NCBI RefSeq assembly: GCF_036971445.1
Contig: NC_091473.1
Span: 205,654,001-205,718,000, forward strand
Source of the DNA: Narcine bancroftii
Taxonomy: Eukaryota
Direction: 5' to 3'
DNA length: 64,000 nucleotides
Part shown: positions 39,973-53,099 of the stretch, piece after piece
Layout of the letters: every line of letters starts with the position of its first letter
Position numbering within the stretch: position 1 is the stretch's first letter
Program-made: the position numbers and the translations under genes
Notes under the pieces: generated by a model
Databases searched by the model: none
What the model was told of the DNA's origin: nothing
Seen by the model: the letters and a program-made list of their open reading frames with translations, nothing else

Positions 39973-42039
39973 TAGCTTAAAGGCAGAAAATCCGTTCAAT
40001 AACACTCCCACGGAGTGGTCGTGGCGCCATTATCTCTGCGAACTAGCAGACGTGGTTGCTGACACATGCGTTTCTGTTGCACAAACAAAAGCGAAATAAA
40101 CACCTCGTAGAATGCAAAGGGCCATGCAGCTTCTAGGAGTTCGAGTGTTTGTCTCTTGGGTCAGGAAGCTGCATCAACTTTCAGAATATAGAAGGGAGCG
40201 TGTCGACATGAAGAGGCGAAAAGATGGGATGGACAGGCTAATTCAGGGATGCATCAGATGAGTTCACTATGCCTACCGAAACTCACATCTAATATGTTGC
40301 ACACCTTAGTTCAACACACTTTTGTACAATGTTGTGTGCATTGTCCATAACGTCCACTTCATCTTCCCCAGTAACTTTCTCGCCGATATCCTACCAACCA
40401 AAATTTCAATTGGGTCATTCCTCTTGCATTACCGTTGAGCTGTCTTACATATGGCCTCCATCTGAAGGCTTTACATAATTATTTCCTTCCGAACTTGAAG
40501 CCAAGTAACCGAGTCTAAATGCATCCAATATTTAAAGAGTCCCTGATGCCAGAATTGTGAAGAAATTTACATAACGAATCCACACCGCGGTTAATGTATC
40601 AGGATGTTTCGAGGGAGATTGTGGTCTCTGCCACATAAACACGAGAGAATGCAGTTGGTGGTTTTAGCACGTTGCGACTCTACACAACTTTGCATTTCAT
40701 ACCAGTGATCGAACATTTATATTGGAACTTCGGAAAAAACGAAAGGGTTCTGGTGTGAACCGATGGTTATATCCTTTTGCTTTCGATGGAAGCCACGTGA
40801 ACTTCTGAGTTTATTTGGAACATTTGTGTGTTACACTAAAACCACAGAGTCTGGAATCGTAACTGTGTAACACGAAATCAATTGAATGTTGCAGGAAATA
40901 TAATTCATATGATATTACAGAAGAATGCAAAGAAACCAGGAAGTACAAAGGCCGCACAGACCATGAAATAAGAGAGAACTGCTGGAATTCTAAAGCAATA
41001 TTTATTGTAAGGGGAGGGTAGAGTCAGTGAATGAGTGCATGAGAGAGTGAGAGAGAGAGAAAGCGAGATAAAGCAAATGAATGTAGAGAAAAGGAGAAGG
41101 GGAGGTAAAAAGAGAAAACCTTGTTGTAGAATTTCTGATGAACAATTTTGTTGACATCGAGAGAGAGTGGGGACATAAGGTTTTCTTCGAGAATTATCTG
41201 ATAAGGGGAGAGAAAAAATCAGCCATCAAGAGCAACAAAAGGGTGGGTGTTTGTGAGGGCGTGAAAGAGGCGTGGAAGCAGATGGGACGACAGAGGTGAA
41301 AAAAACAGTCAATGCACATAAAGAAATAAAACATACAGAGACATAGTGCGTGTAAACAATCCATACTTCTCAAATTATCCACGCCGTTCAAACTGTCCCA
41401 CTCACACAAATTCCACCTTCCAGTGTTTGACGGATATCCTCCTAATCCCAACCTTTTATCCGACTATTCTTCAGCAATATTGCTCTTTGATATGCAACAA
41501 CCACCACCTCAGAAGCCTGTTCTAGACACCTTCCACACTTCCTCAATACCAGTTACATTTCTCTTCCCTTACTTTAAACATGTGCTTACCAATTGGAACA
41601 TCGAATAACTGTTCGTGTCTACCCAGGTTGGGTCGGAGTTAAGCGCCATTATGATGTTATTATCCTTATGAACATTTCAACGTTCCCGTTGTGTTTATCC
41701 TTTAATTACTCCTGCAGAAACCCTAGTTTTGTTTCACTTCCAGCTACTACAATTTTTGTGCTTTGTTGCAAACCACGCTGCGAATATTCGATGTTCCAGA
41801 ATTGTTTGAGCTGATGCGAGAAGAATAACGAGTTGTAACACTGAACGGCAGTTACCTGGAGGCGGTCAGTGATGACACTGACATTTGATACATCCCATGA
41901 TTCAAAGGACAGTTGAAATAGTTGAAAAGTCTTGTGAAGATATTCAGCACTGGATCGGCAGAGATATTTCTAGATTCTGGTACATTATTTGGACTAGCCA
42001 AAGGGTTGAATGGCCATACTGGATCTCATTTAAGTTGCG

Positions 42040-44610
42040 AGCCTCTCGGTGGATGAGCACTTAGGTGAAAGTTGCCAGAAGTCCCTGAGCTTTAGCATAG
42101 TTATGGGCAAAGATAACATCAGACAAAATGGAAAAGTGTTTAAATGGGTAAGGTTTAATTAGGTAGGGTTGAGGCAGCAATTTGCGGAAGTAATTTGGAT
42201 ATAAATGTTCAAAGGTGAAAGTGCAGAATTACTCGTAAAAGGTTCGGGATAGGTTTGTCCCAATGGGAGTAAATGGGAGTAAAAATGATCCGACTTTGAT
42301 TAAATATGTGAGGTAGCTATTCAAGAGGAGGTAGGAAGCAGGTATTAGATACAAGAATCGGGAATCGCTCATGAGAAGTAGATATTAGCCAGGAAGAATC
42401 TTAAGAAAAGTGTTAAGAGAGATCGAAGGAGGCATGAGAAGGCTTTGGCATGAGGATTGAAGAGAACCCAAGGCGTTGTATGCGTGCATGAAGCAAAGAA
42501 GGATGACGACAATGAACGTGGGGGCCGTTAAAAGATGAACGAGGCAAAATGTGCCTGGAGACGGAGGAATCCGAGAACGTCTTATATCAATGGTTTCTGA
42601 CTTTTAAATTTCCACTCACGTACCACTTTATGTAATCCTTATGACATAGGTGCTGTGTGTTTAGTGAGGGAGTGTATAATGTGGAATGTGGGTGGGAAAA
42701 ATAATTTGAAAACCGCTATTTTAATCGTACCTCATTGTCTCGTTATGTGCACGATTTCATAACACCAAAGGACAATGATAATATTTCTCAAGGAAAATAT
42801 TTTAGTTACAATTGTGTCTGGTGCAGTGATTCTCAGCCTTCCATTCCCACTCACATACCTCTTTATGCAATTCCTTACTAATCATATGGCACTTCTGGCA
42901 GAACGACGACTTAAAGTAGTAAGTGGAAGGAAAATGTTCGAGAACCACTGTCTTAAATTAATAATTTCCTCCAGTATTCAAAAGATAAATGAACACAGAT
43001 CAGTGTGTGGTCGCAATTGAACCGGTCTGTATTCTGCACAATGTTGAGATTAAGGAAGAGGTGTTAGATTGTCTTAAAAACTTTCAAATAGTTGAGTCCA
43101 CCGCACCACTTGCGATACACCTCATTTTCTGTAGGAAGCAAGGAAAGAGATAGCTGAGACATTGGCTTTGATCATCGGGTCCTTTATGGCTACAGGGTAG
43201 GTGCCGGATGATTGGAGATTGGCAAATGACGTCGCCTTGTTTATAAAAATGTAATAGTGGGAATCCTTGGAATTTTAGATTAGTTATTCTTCCGTTAGTG
43301 GTTTGCAAACTATTGTCGAGGATTCTTAAGGATAGGATCCCCCTAACAATTTGGATACGTACAGTTTACTCAGGGATAGTCCACATGGCTTTGTGAAGAG
43401 AAGGTCACACCTCACTAGTCTAATGGAGTTTTGTGAGGATTTATCAAAGGCATTGATCAGGTTAGTGCGGTTGGTGTGGTCTATATGGATCGTAGGAAGG
43501 TATTTATGAAGGGCCCTTATAAGAAACCTGTTCAGAAAGCCATTGGCTGTGTGGATAAAGCAATGGGATTACATGTATAAAGCGGAGAGTACTGGATGAA
43601 GGAATGTATTCTGCTTGGAGGCCAGTGACCAGTAGAGTTCCGCAGGGATATGTTCTGGGACAATTGTTTTTTATGATCTTTATAAATGACCTAGATGAAG
43701 AAACAGAAGGATGGGTCAGTAAGTTTGTGGATGATATGTAGGTTGGAGTTCTGGTTGGTGCTAAAGGTTGTCATAGGTAACAAAACTATATAAGCAGGTT
43801 ACAGAATCCGTCAGAAAATTGGCAGATGGAGTTCAATCCAAATATTTGCAAGATAATTCAATTTGTAAGGACCATCCAGAAGGATGAATGCAGGGTTAAT
43901 GGTAGGCTACCTCTGGGTGTGTATGAACAAATTGACCTTGTAGTCCCAATACATCACCAGGGTCATTGCACAGGTTAATAGGATAGTTAGGGATGCTTAT
44001 GGGATATTTGGATTCATTAACATGGGACTAAGTTCAGGATTAGAGAGGTCAAACTTGGAGTATTATGTCCAGTTCTGGTATCCTCTTTGTATGAAGGGTG
44101 TGAAAGCTAAGAAGAAGATGCAGAAAAGATTTATCGGGATTTATCTGGATTGGAAAATAAGTGTTATGAGGCTAAGTTAGCAGAGCTGTTACTTTTCGCT
44201 TTGGAGCTTAGAAGAATGAGAAAGGAGACCATAGAGGTCTGCAAAATTATGAGAACCATAGATGAGGTGGACAGCCAGAATCCTTTCCCCAGGACAGGAA
44301 TACAAGCAGAAGAGGACATATTTCATAGTGAACAGCGACACGTTTTGGTGAATCATCTGACGTAGAACATTTAAACACAGAGTGAGGTGTGGGTTCCTGG
44401 AAACTTTTCTAGGGATCGTGATGAAGTCTGAAACATTAGGTGCATTTAGGAGATTCTTAACCAGGCACATGGATGAAAAAAAACAGGTTATGTGGTGGTG
44501 GTGCGGGGTGGGGAGGAGGGGGGGGGGGCGTCGCAGCTTTTAAAAGAATTAATATAGGCGTCAGTACAGGATTGAAGTTCTAATTGCTCTTCTGTGCAGT
44601 TCTATGCAAA
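42040..44610 (+). mobile_element. CR1-clade LINE, decayed
   Basis: [33 protein letters not shown]; CR1-type 3' region. Confidence 0.88.
42588..42950. mobile_element. hAT-type composite MITE (two units of about 130 bp around a spacer), TSD TCTTATAT/TCTTAAAT
   Basis: Termini CAATGGTTTCT...AGAACCACTG; each unit homologous to the MITE at 17224; TSD matches 7 of 8. Confidence 0.8.
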
Positions 44611-45997
44611 GTTGAATTGTCAACGTTCATGAATATTGCCCACTCCCACTGGCGGCTGAGTATTTATTTTTTAAAGTATACATGGGGAGGAACAACATCG
44701 AGAGTCAGAGTGTCTGTATTATGCTGTCATGTAATATGTTCTGTTCTATTCTATTCTGCAGTCATGTTTTATGCCGTTTACGTTTCAAATAATTGGCATA
44801 TCTCTTCAACTCTTTAAGTGACCCTTGCGTTTCATTGCAGATTTTTTCTGTGTGCCACAAGACACATACTGGAGCGGAGGAGCAGCGGATCATAATAGAG
44901 ACCACGGATAATTCAATCGGGATCTCACCAAAGGGGGCACTTGGTCCGTTAAACGTGTGTTCATAAGCAGATCATTTTCATAGGAATGAGCATAAAAAGT
45001 TGTAAACGTTTTTATATTCATGACCCTCACTTACCCCACAAGTTAAATACCCAGTCGCAATGAACATCCCCCGCTTTCATTCTGACCATCAGAGTGATCA
45101 TGGGGAGAAACACGAAAGTTTGTAGGCGTTGTGACTGTAGTAAATACACACTGATTATTTTGATTATTCCTTGAAAAAGGGCTTGCAAATATATCTTTGT
45201 TTTTTTTTATGAACGCTGGAAAGCTCGGATGAGGTTCTACAGAATTCTGATGTATTTTTACCAGAAGGATCAACAATATTCATCGGGCGTCTATACTTGG
45301 AAGATGATTGAATGGCATAGTTCTACTGATTGAATTTCCTTCTCAATCAGGAGAAGAGAGTTCATGATTCCACAATCCTCTCGATTAACCGATAATCGAT
45401 TCATAATGCATCAGATATTTTGGGCACAACGTTTCTTGTGCTTGTTGTGAATTTCTGAGGAAGGGTAATGAGAAAATTGAGAGACAATGGCTTAAATTAC
45501 ACACCCCCCCCCCACACACACACACACACACACACGCGCACGCACACACACAAACCAATATTCGTGCACAATGTCACAGAGNNNNNNNNNNNNNNNNNNN
45601 NNNNNNNNNNNNNNNNNNNNNNNNNNNNNNNNNNNNNNNNNNNNNNNNNNNNNNNNNNNNNNNNNNNNNNNNNNNNNNNNNNNNNNNNNNNNNNNNNNNN
45701 NNNNNNNNNNNNNNNNNNNNNNNNNNNNNNNNNNNNNNNNNNNNNNNAAATGTGTGGTCAGGGATAGAGAATGATGAATGATGAACACTGCACAGGAAAA
45801 GTAGGTACGTCTATCCAAAAATTACAATTGCATATATTGAAAGAGACCAGTAGATAATGAACCTCTGAACAGCCCCATAATCTCCCATGAAGCAAAGATC
45901 CTGCACCTGGCCAATATTGCATTATGCAAACCAAATTTGCTGCATAAAAAGTGTGAAACATTTCCGATCATCCCTGTCTGTTTTGTTAGTACTCAAC

Positions 45998-46367
45998 AAG
46001 CACCCTGTTTGGTTCACGTTTATCGTAATATCCGTTTTTGCCCATGAGTCTCTAATTAAATGGATCATTTTCGTGCCGTAGCTACGGTTCACTTTTAAGC
46101 TGATCACAGTTTCCATGTTTTTTTGGCTGGGGCTTTTGGCGATGATTCTCTCTCCCAATATCCATCTGAGCTCTCGGTGGAAGAAGGACGAACTACAACG
46201 CTGAATTGCAGTTATCCGGAAGCATTCGATGGCAATACTGCCTTCTGGTGTATCAGCTATACTGAACAGGCGCTGAGAGTCGTACTGAAATACTAAGCAC
46301 TGATTTTAAGGACAAGCCTTCGAATTTCCCAGACTAGTTTTCTGCTGTCTATCAGAAAGAAAGTCAC
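45998..46367 (+). pseudogene. Family-B V pseudogene, truncated in FR3
   Basis: Leader start AAG, acceptor mutated; AFGDDSLSQYPSELSVEEGRTTTLNCSYPEAFDGNTAFWCI..; frameshift and stops; ends at a CR1 fragment. Confidence 0.85.
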
Positions 46368-47113
46368 GAGATAGCAACTAAATGTCCTGGTGTCCAATTA
46401 ATCAAGTCATAGCTTTCTCAACCTCTCTATCCAGATTAGGTCTCCGATTCCTGGCAACGTCCTAATAAATATTGTCTTGAAACTCTCCGGATTGACATCT
46501 TCTTTTCTATTGCACGTTGATTAAATCAAAGCAACAATAATCCAAATATAGCCGCATCAACGTTTCATACAACTGCAAAATCACTTTCGAATTTGTACAG
46601 AACTCTATAACTGATGCAGGCCTATCTGCAGATAGCATCGTAACGGGAATATCTACCACTTTACAGATACACTATGCCTGTTCGTCTCTGTTTTTAAATA
46701 GATTCCTGCCATTCACGATGAAGGTCTTAACCACGTTATAATGCCCAAAAACAACACCGTACATTTCTGAATGCAAGTTGAACAACCGCCAAACTGTTCA
46801 GGATTTTGCTGGAACGTTTTGGCAAATGTCTTCACAATCTAAAACACCAGACTCTTTAGAATCGTCCAGATATTTTACAGTACTCACATCTATATTTACA
46901 TTAAAATTATTCGTACGGATGCCAAACAGCAATGGTCTCAGCACCGAAGCCATTGTACGAATGACCTCACCAGCGAGCGATCAGCCAAACACATACTCGA
47001 GGAATACCACTTTGAAGAAAGCGAATATTTCCTATTTTGTGCATTTCCACAGACTTTTGCTTGCACACAGAATATTCGAGTCTACTCTGTTTGGTCCTGA
47101 AATAAACACCATT

Positions 47114-47577
47114 ATGAGCCTATTGTCCTATTAATAATTTCAAGGCACCCCGTGAGTTTCTCCTTGAATGGTTCTTTGGGTACACTGGCTTGTCTTCACT
47201 CCCATTTATTGAAGATTCCACGATATGTTCAGAAGCATGGGAGATATTTCAACGTCCTAGAATCGTCTGATTTGACACTATAAAAAATAAAGATCTGTAC
47301 CACTGAATGACAGTTTCTCGATATTATTCAGTGTCGATGCCGTCATTTGATACCGACGTTTTTCCGAAGAATATTAGAAATATATTCAGAGGATATTCAG
47401 CCCTTGGTCGGTAGAGAGATCTTGAGATTCCCCAGACACGTTTTCTGTTCTTTATCATAAGAAAAATCGGATTGGTTCTTTATCTATCTATTTGATGCTC
47501 GTCTCTGACGCCGGGGTGATTCCTTCTGCCACGAGAAGCACACTGTGGTGGAGAATCATCGAATCAGTATAAAGACA
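47114..47577 (+). pseudogene. Family-D V pseudogene with retained 23-RSS
   Basis: Paralog of 38340-38775; LVSDAGV..SATRS; CACACTG (47539-47545) + 23 nt + ATAAAGACA. Confidence 0.72.
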
Positions 47578-48565
47578 AACACCTGGTAGTTCTAGCGTGT
47601 CTGACCAAAGGGGAAGCTTACTCCGTTCAAAGGAAGAGATCAGATATCAGATGCAGGTAATTCTCCAAGTTATTATGAATGTGTTTCAAACATTATTTGT
47701 TTCAAGAGATGAATTCCAATCCCTTTAATGCTCCGCACAAGTGATACATCCACTCGAATTGACCACGCACTGCGCTTGCATATCGAGCACAAAAATCAAC
47801 ACATTTTCTTTGGCTTTTGTCCCTGGGTGAGCATCGAAATGCAACGATCTGCACTTCCAATTGGCTTTGCGACCAGGAGACGAGTATCCTCGATTCTTCC
47901 TATCCTGTCGCCAAAATTATAATGGAATCACAACGAAAGAAATATTTTGGTGTGCAACAAACCTTGTAGTTTTTGTGAATTGCTGACGAAGTGTGATGCC
48001 AGGATTGCGATATAATGATATACATTTTTCTCTTTCTCTCTCACTCTCTCTGTCTCTCTCTGCTGCTCTCTGCCTCTCTCTCTCTTACACACACATACAC
48101 TCGCAAACACAAATTCGTGCTCAGTAACTGCGAGCGAGAGAGACAGAGNNNNNNNNNNNNNNNNNNNNNNNNNNNNNNNNNNNNNNNNNNNNNNNNNNNN
48201 NNNNNNNNNNNNNNNNNNNNNNNNNNNNNNNNNNNNNNNNNNNNNNNNNNNNNNNNNNNNNNNNNNNNNNNNNNNNNNNNNNNNNNNNNNNNNNNNNNNN
48301 NNNNNNNNNNNNNNNNGGGAGATAAAGACACTACCGGAGAGTAAAATGTGTCATCAGACACACGCAAAGGAGGAAAGCATGCCCAGAAATGTCCTCAGTT
48401 TCAAGTGGTATGCAAATCATGAACAGAGGAAGCGCCGCATATTCTCGCGTCAAGTAAAGAAGCTGCGCTTAATCAGTGTCCTGTCAGAGATATCAAGTCA
48501 GTGGTATAAACAGGATTTTCTGTCTTCCCTATTTGTCTTCCCTTTTTGTTTGGGAGGCACCCACC

Positions 48566-48790
48566 ATGCCTCCTGTATGGTACACGCTGATTAAACTATA
48601 TTTGTTTCCTGTTGGAACACTGCTTAAATGGATGCTTTGCGTCTCGTAGCTACAATTCACGTCGAGCTGACGACCGTTTCCATTCTCTTTTGCAGTGTGT
48701 TTTTGCGACGATTCTATTTTCCAATATCCATATGAAATGTCAGTGGAATAACTGGTAGGCTGAACTGCAGTTATCCAGCAGAAAACGACG
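48566..48790 (+). pseudogene. Family-B V 5' remnant
   Basis: MPPVWYTLIKLYLFP with dead donor; FCDDSIFQYPYEMSVE*..LNCSYP, then truncated. Confidence 0.8.
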
Positions 48791-49349
48791 CTCACCTGAC
48801 GCACTCATAATTATATGTACAACTGCAGGATCACTTTTAACAGACCTGCGGTGCAATGAATAATGCCATAACCTCCTCAAACGCTCCATCCGGATCAGAC
48901 CTCCGAATCCTGCCAACATGCTGCTAAATGTTCCGTCAACCGATCCAGATTGTTAATTTATTTCCTATTGCACAGTGACAAAATCATCGCAGAATAATCC
49001 AAACGAGGCAGCACCAACGAACCATTCAGCTGCAAGAACACTTTCAAACGCCTGCAATCAACACTGTGATGTTGGTCAAGGTGCGGAGAGCCTCGTGACG
49101 AGAATATTTACCGGTATAAAGATACTCTGTAGATTTATCCCCCTGGTCTATAATAAATCACAGTGTTTTTAAACCATTGACTGTGTAGATCCTGCCAATG
49201 TCAGACCTACCAAATACAACGTTTCTGAATTAATATCCATACATCATTCAACTGTCCGCAAGGCAAATCGTTCAAGATTAGGCTACAATCTTTAGCAAAC
49301 GCTTGTAAAGTCTAAAATACCATACACTTCCCTGCCACACGAAAACATG

Positions 49350-51150
49350 TTAATCATTCCACGTAAATCTTCTTTGATGTGATTCGTTATAGATGACAAA
49401 CAGCAAATGTTCAGGGCTTGAGGTTGGTGTACATAATAAAATCTCTGCCCTGCAATAGATAATGGAAGTATTGAACAGACAGATAAATGGCCAAAAGCTC
49501 CCTATCAGAAGCACTGTATATCTTTTCTTCTTCACGATTTCCATTGCCAGTTGACATATTGATGAAGTGCTTCTCCGATGGCCTTCCCGGAAGCATCTTT
49601 CGAAAGGGCGGTGGCAACATTTAAAACTGGGTAACTGAGCATAGTGAAAGGAATCAGCAAATCCTTTGTCTTTAAAAGGTATCATTTCTCTCTTCGATCC
49701 AATGCCTGGTCCAGGTGCTTCCGGACAGTAAATCACAAAAGGTGTAATGATATGAGCGGCTCCTGGAAAAAAATCATCAGTAAAAAATTAACATTCCCAA
49801 GAATTTCTGCATGGTTTTAACCGTACCTAGTGTTGATTATTTGGTAATGTCATCAACTTTGGATGGAAGCTTGGTCCCGCGTTCCTGGGTAATCTTATGC
49901 TCCAATAAATCAATCGTTTCTTGTCTATAAACGCATTTATCTGGTTTGATGGTCAATCCAAATTTTTGAAGATCATAAAAAGGGTACCAATATTTTCCAA
50001 ATGTTGTTCCTTAGTCGCACACGTCACAAAAATATTGTCGAAGTAAATGAAGACATTGGGCATAGCACGTTCTGAGGCATTCATCACTCATTGAAATGAT
50101 TAATCAGCATTCTCGAATCTGAATAGCATTCATAATAATTCAAACAACCGAAATCGGGTGATTATTGTTGGTTTTGAAATGATTTCTGGCTCACCCGGTA
50201 CTTAGTAATAGGAGCACACGATTTCTATTTTCGAGAATATCTTCGCTCCATGCAAATTAGCCGAGAAATCCTGAATATGAGGCACAAGATATCGATCCAG
50301 AATAGTGGGGTCCTGAAGCTGCCTGCAATCTCGACATGGCCGCTAATCTTCATTGTGGTTCGGTGCCAAATGTAGTGGAGATGCACAGGGAATGCCGGAC
50401 CTACGAATTATGTTTAATCCCTCCATCTTGGCAAACTGTTCATTAGCTAAATGCAGCTTCACTGGAGGCAAGGTATGCACTTTAGCATGGATAGAGGGAC
50501 CTTAGTGCAAGTGCAATGAGAAACACAATGCCTTGCAGTGGAGGCAGAAAAATATAGAGTAGTAATCTCAGGGAAATTTCCAACTTGATGTTTGATGGTG
50601 CAGAAAAAGGGTAGAGGCACGTGCCAGCTGAATGGTCTGAAAGGTAGTTCCATCTATCAGCCGACGGCCTTTTATATCGACCACGAATGAATGAACCAGA
50701 AGTAAAACTGCGCCAAACAAAGCTCGGAATCACGCTTCTATACTAAATGGCTAAATGTTGAGATGATCCTCGATCATGACATTCATCCTCCTCGTGCCAA
50801 AGGTCGGAATTTTGAAACTGTTCACTGATCATAGTTTCTGCTCCGTGTAAGATGGCCTGTGGCAAAACCAGTGGGTGGAAATATACTTACTTCTCAACCT
50901 GTGTCCACCAGAAATTCGGACGGGACAAACGGTCCCATACATAGAATAGGCTTGCAGGTTCACACCAACCGCAACAAAATTACTGGTGGTTGGTCTGAGT
51001 GTTTCCCACAAACTTGCATGGAAGAACACGAAGACCAGGTGTCGAAAGGCTGTTAGCTTTGCATGCATCCTTGTCTGATGATAGGGAAGGATGCGCTAAG
51101 AGCACTAGAGTGTTACACGGGGCCAACATTGAAGGGTCTGCTTGTGTGGA
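49350..51150 (-). mobile_element. Ty3/Gypsy pol fragment (protease, RT, RNase H)
   Basis: FLVDTG (protease), DRYLVPHIQDFSANLHGAKIFSKI, TRFRLFE, YSASDRELLAIYLSV..F. Confidence 0.85.
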
Positions 51151-51459
51151 CTTGTCTTTCTTCGCTGTGCATTTTAAAATTTTAACGAATCACGAACATA
51201 TTGTTCCTTTGTCTTAAAGATCTCTATCAATATTTATGTTTTAAAATTCATGTTGTGGTTTTCTTGACACTCATCTTTTACGCTTATTTTATAATTAGTT
51301 AGTAGGGGTTTTGGAAGGGTTGGGAAAATTGATAGGAAGTTTGTTTCCTTCAGCATTTATTTAATCTCATTTATCTTTTTAAAAAATACCACCCGTATTT
51401 CGATTGAGTTTAAAATATAGTGTTATTTTTGCAAAGTGGTTTTATTTTAAATGAAGGAT

Positions 51460-52830
51460 ATAAGACAGCTATGAAGTGTTTGAAAGGCTGGTGATGAAGC
51501 TGATCAGCGGTGACATAGATTCATTTCCGTTCGCCTATTGCAGCAACAAATATATGACAGATGTCATATCACTGCCCCTACATGAAGCCCTGGAACACCT
51601 GAACAGCAAAGTTGCATAAATTAGGATGACTTTTATCGACCGCATTTTGGCATTGAAGACCATCATGTCCACAAGACGGATCGGAAAACTCCAAGACTTT
51701 GGAGATAACACCACATTGCCTAATTGGAACATGGATTTCTGCACCTCCATCCACAATCAGTGAAGATTTGAAGATTGGTAGAAACGTCTCTTCCACAATC
51801 TCCATCGGTACTAGAGCACCACCGGGCTGTGTTGTTATCCCCCTGTTCTATTCACATAACTCATATGAATGAGTAGTTGGGTATGACAATAACACCGTCT
51901 AAAAATTTGCTGACGATAGTGGATTGATAAAGAATGGGGATGAGTTAGCAATTAGGATGGAAATTGAAAACTTGGCTGAATGGTGCACCAATACGTAACT
52001 TGCACAGTGTAATCAAACGTCAGAACTAATTGTTGATGTCACTAAAGGCAAGTCAGTGGTGCACTGTCGAGTGATCACTGGGGGAATCAGAGGTGGAGTG
52101 GGTGAGCACATTTAATTTCCTGTCATTCATTATCTCGGAGGGACTTTCATGGACCTAACACACCATTGTCATCGTGAAGAAATTATGACAGCACTTCTAC
52201 TTCCTCAGGAGTTTTTGGAGGTTTGGTATGAAATCAGAAACCCTAGCAAATTTCTGAAGATGTGTGACGGAATGTGTGGTGATCGGCTGTATCATGGTCT
52301 GGTATTGGATCACCAACACCCCTAGTGTAAAACCTTCCAAAAGATAGTGGCAACAGGCCAGGATATTACACGCAAAACTCCCCCCCCCCCCACTATTGAG
52401 TGCATATACAGGGAATGCTGCCTTCGGAATGCAGCAGAAATCATCAAAGACCATCACTACACAACATATGGTCTGCACTCGCTACTGCCATCAGGAAAGT
52501 GGTATAAGTGCCTCAAAACTCACACCACTAGCTTCATGACGGCTGATACCCATCTACCATCAGAATCCTCTGAACCAAATTCAATCAGGGTCAAACCTAA
52601 GTACACTTATTTGGGTATTTTATTGGTTTCATTTGCTCTCCCTGTATTGCACATTACTTAGTTTGCATTAGTTATCAGTTTATACTTATTTGGATTGTAC
52701 ATGTATTTAAGCTGAGTGCCGGAAACCTTTGCTCTACCATTTAGTGGTAATTCTGCCACACCCGCAGTAAAATGGAATAACATGTTTGATTCTGATGTCA
52801 TGTATGGACTCTGACATCAAATTTGAAATC
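51460..52830 (+). mobile_element. Rex1/Babar-like LINE, 3' portion
   Basis: MKCFERLVM..FAY..HEALEHL..PGCVVIPL..KFADD; CLRNAAEIIKDHHY..LLPSGK. Confidence 0.85.
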
Positions 52831-52898
52831 TAAATTATCTAAAGCGAAACAGCAAAATACTAAGACCTGAGATTGAGCTTGAGTGAATGATAGTGATT

Positions 52899-52902
<4 letters not shown>

Positions 52903-52980
<78 letters not shown>

Positions 52981-52985
52981 AGAGA
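52903..52985. repeat. (GA)n microsatellite
   Basis: Seen directly. Confidence 0.98.
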
Positions 52986-53099
52986 AGCGGCGGTATACAT
53001 TAACCTGTTCAAAATTTCATATCTAGAGTGGAGAAACAAAATTACATTCTCTACGATCCTTGGTCATTGGCTTTTTCTCTAGACGTTTGTTTGTTACAC

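Larger units (their letters stand above)
41651..44903 (+). pseudogene. Family-D V pseudogene split by a CR1 insertion (5' part about 41651-41990, 3' part about 44770-44903)
   Basis: EE*RVVTLNGSY..I*YI..LVKIFSTG; after the CR1, FLCATR + CATACTG (44865-44871) + 23 nt + ATAGAGACC. Confidence 0.65.

Noticed and set aside
9215-53082. ERERER, SLSLSL and HTHT ORFs
   Set aside because: Translations of (GA)n and (CA)n microsatellites
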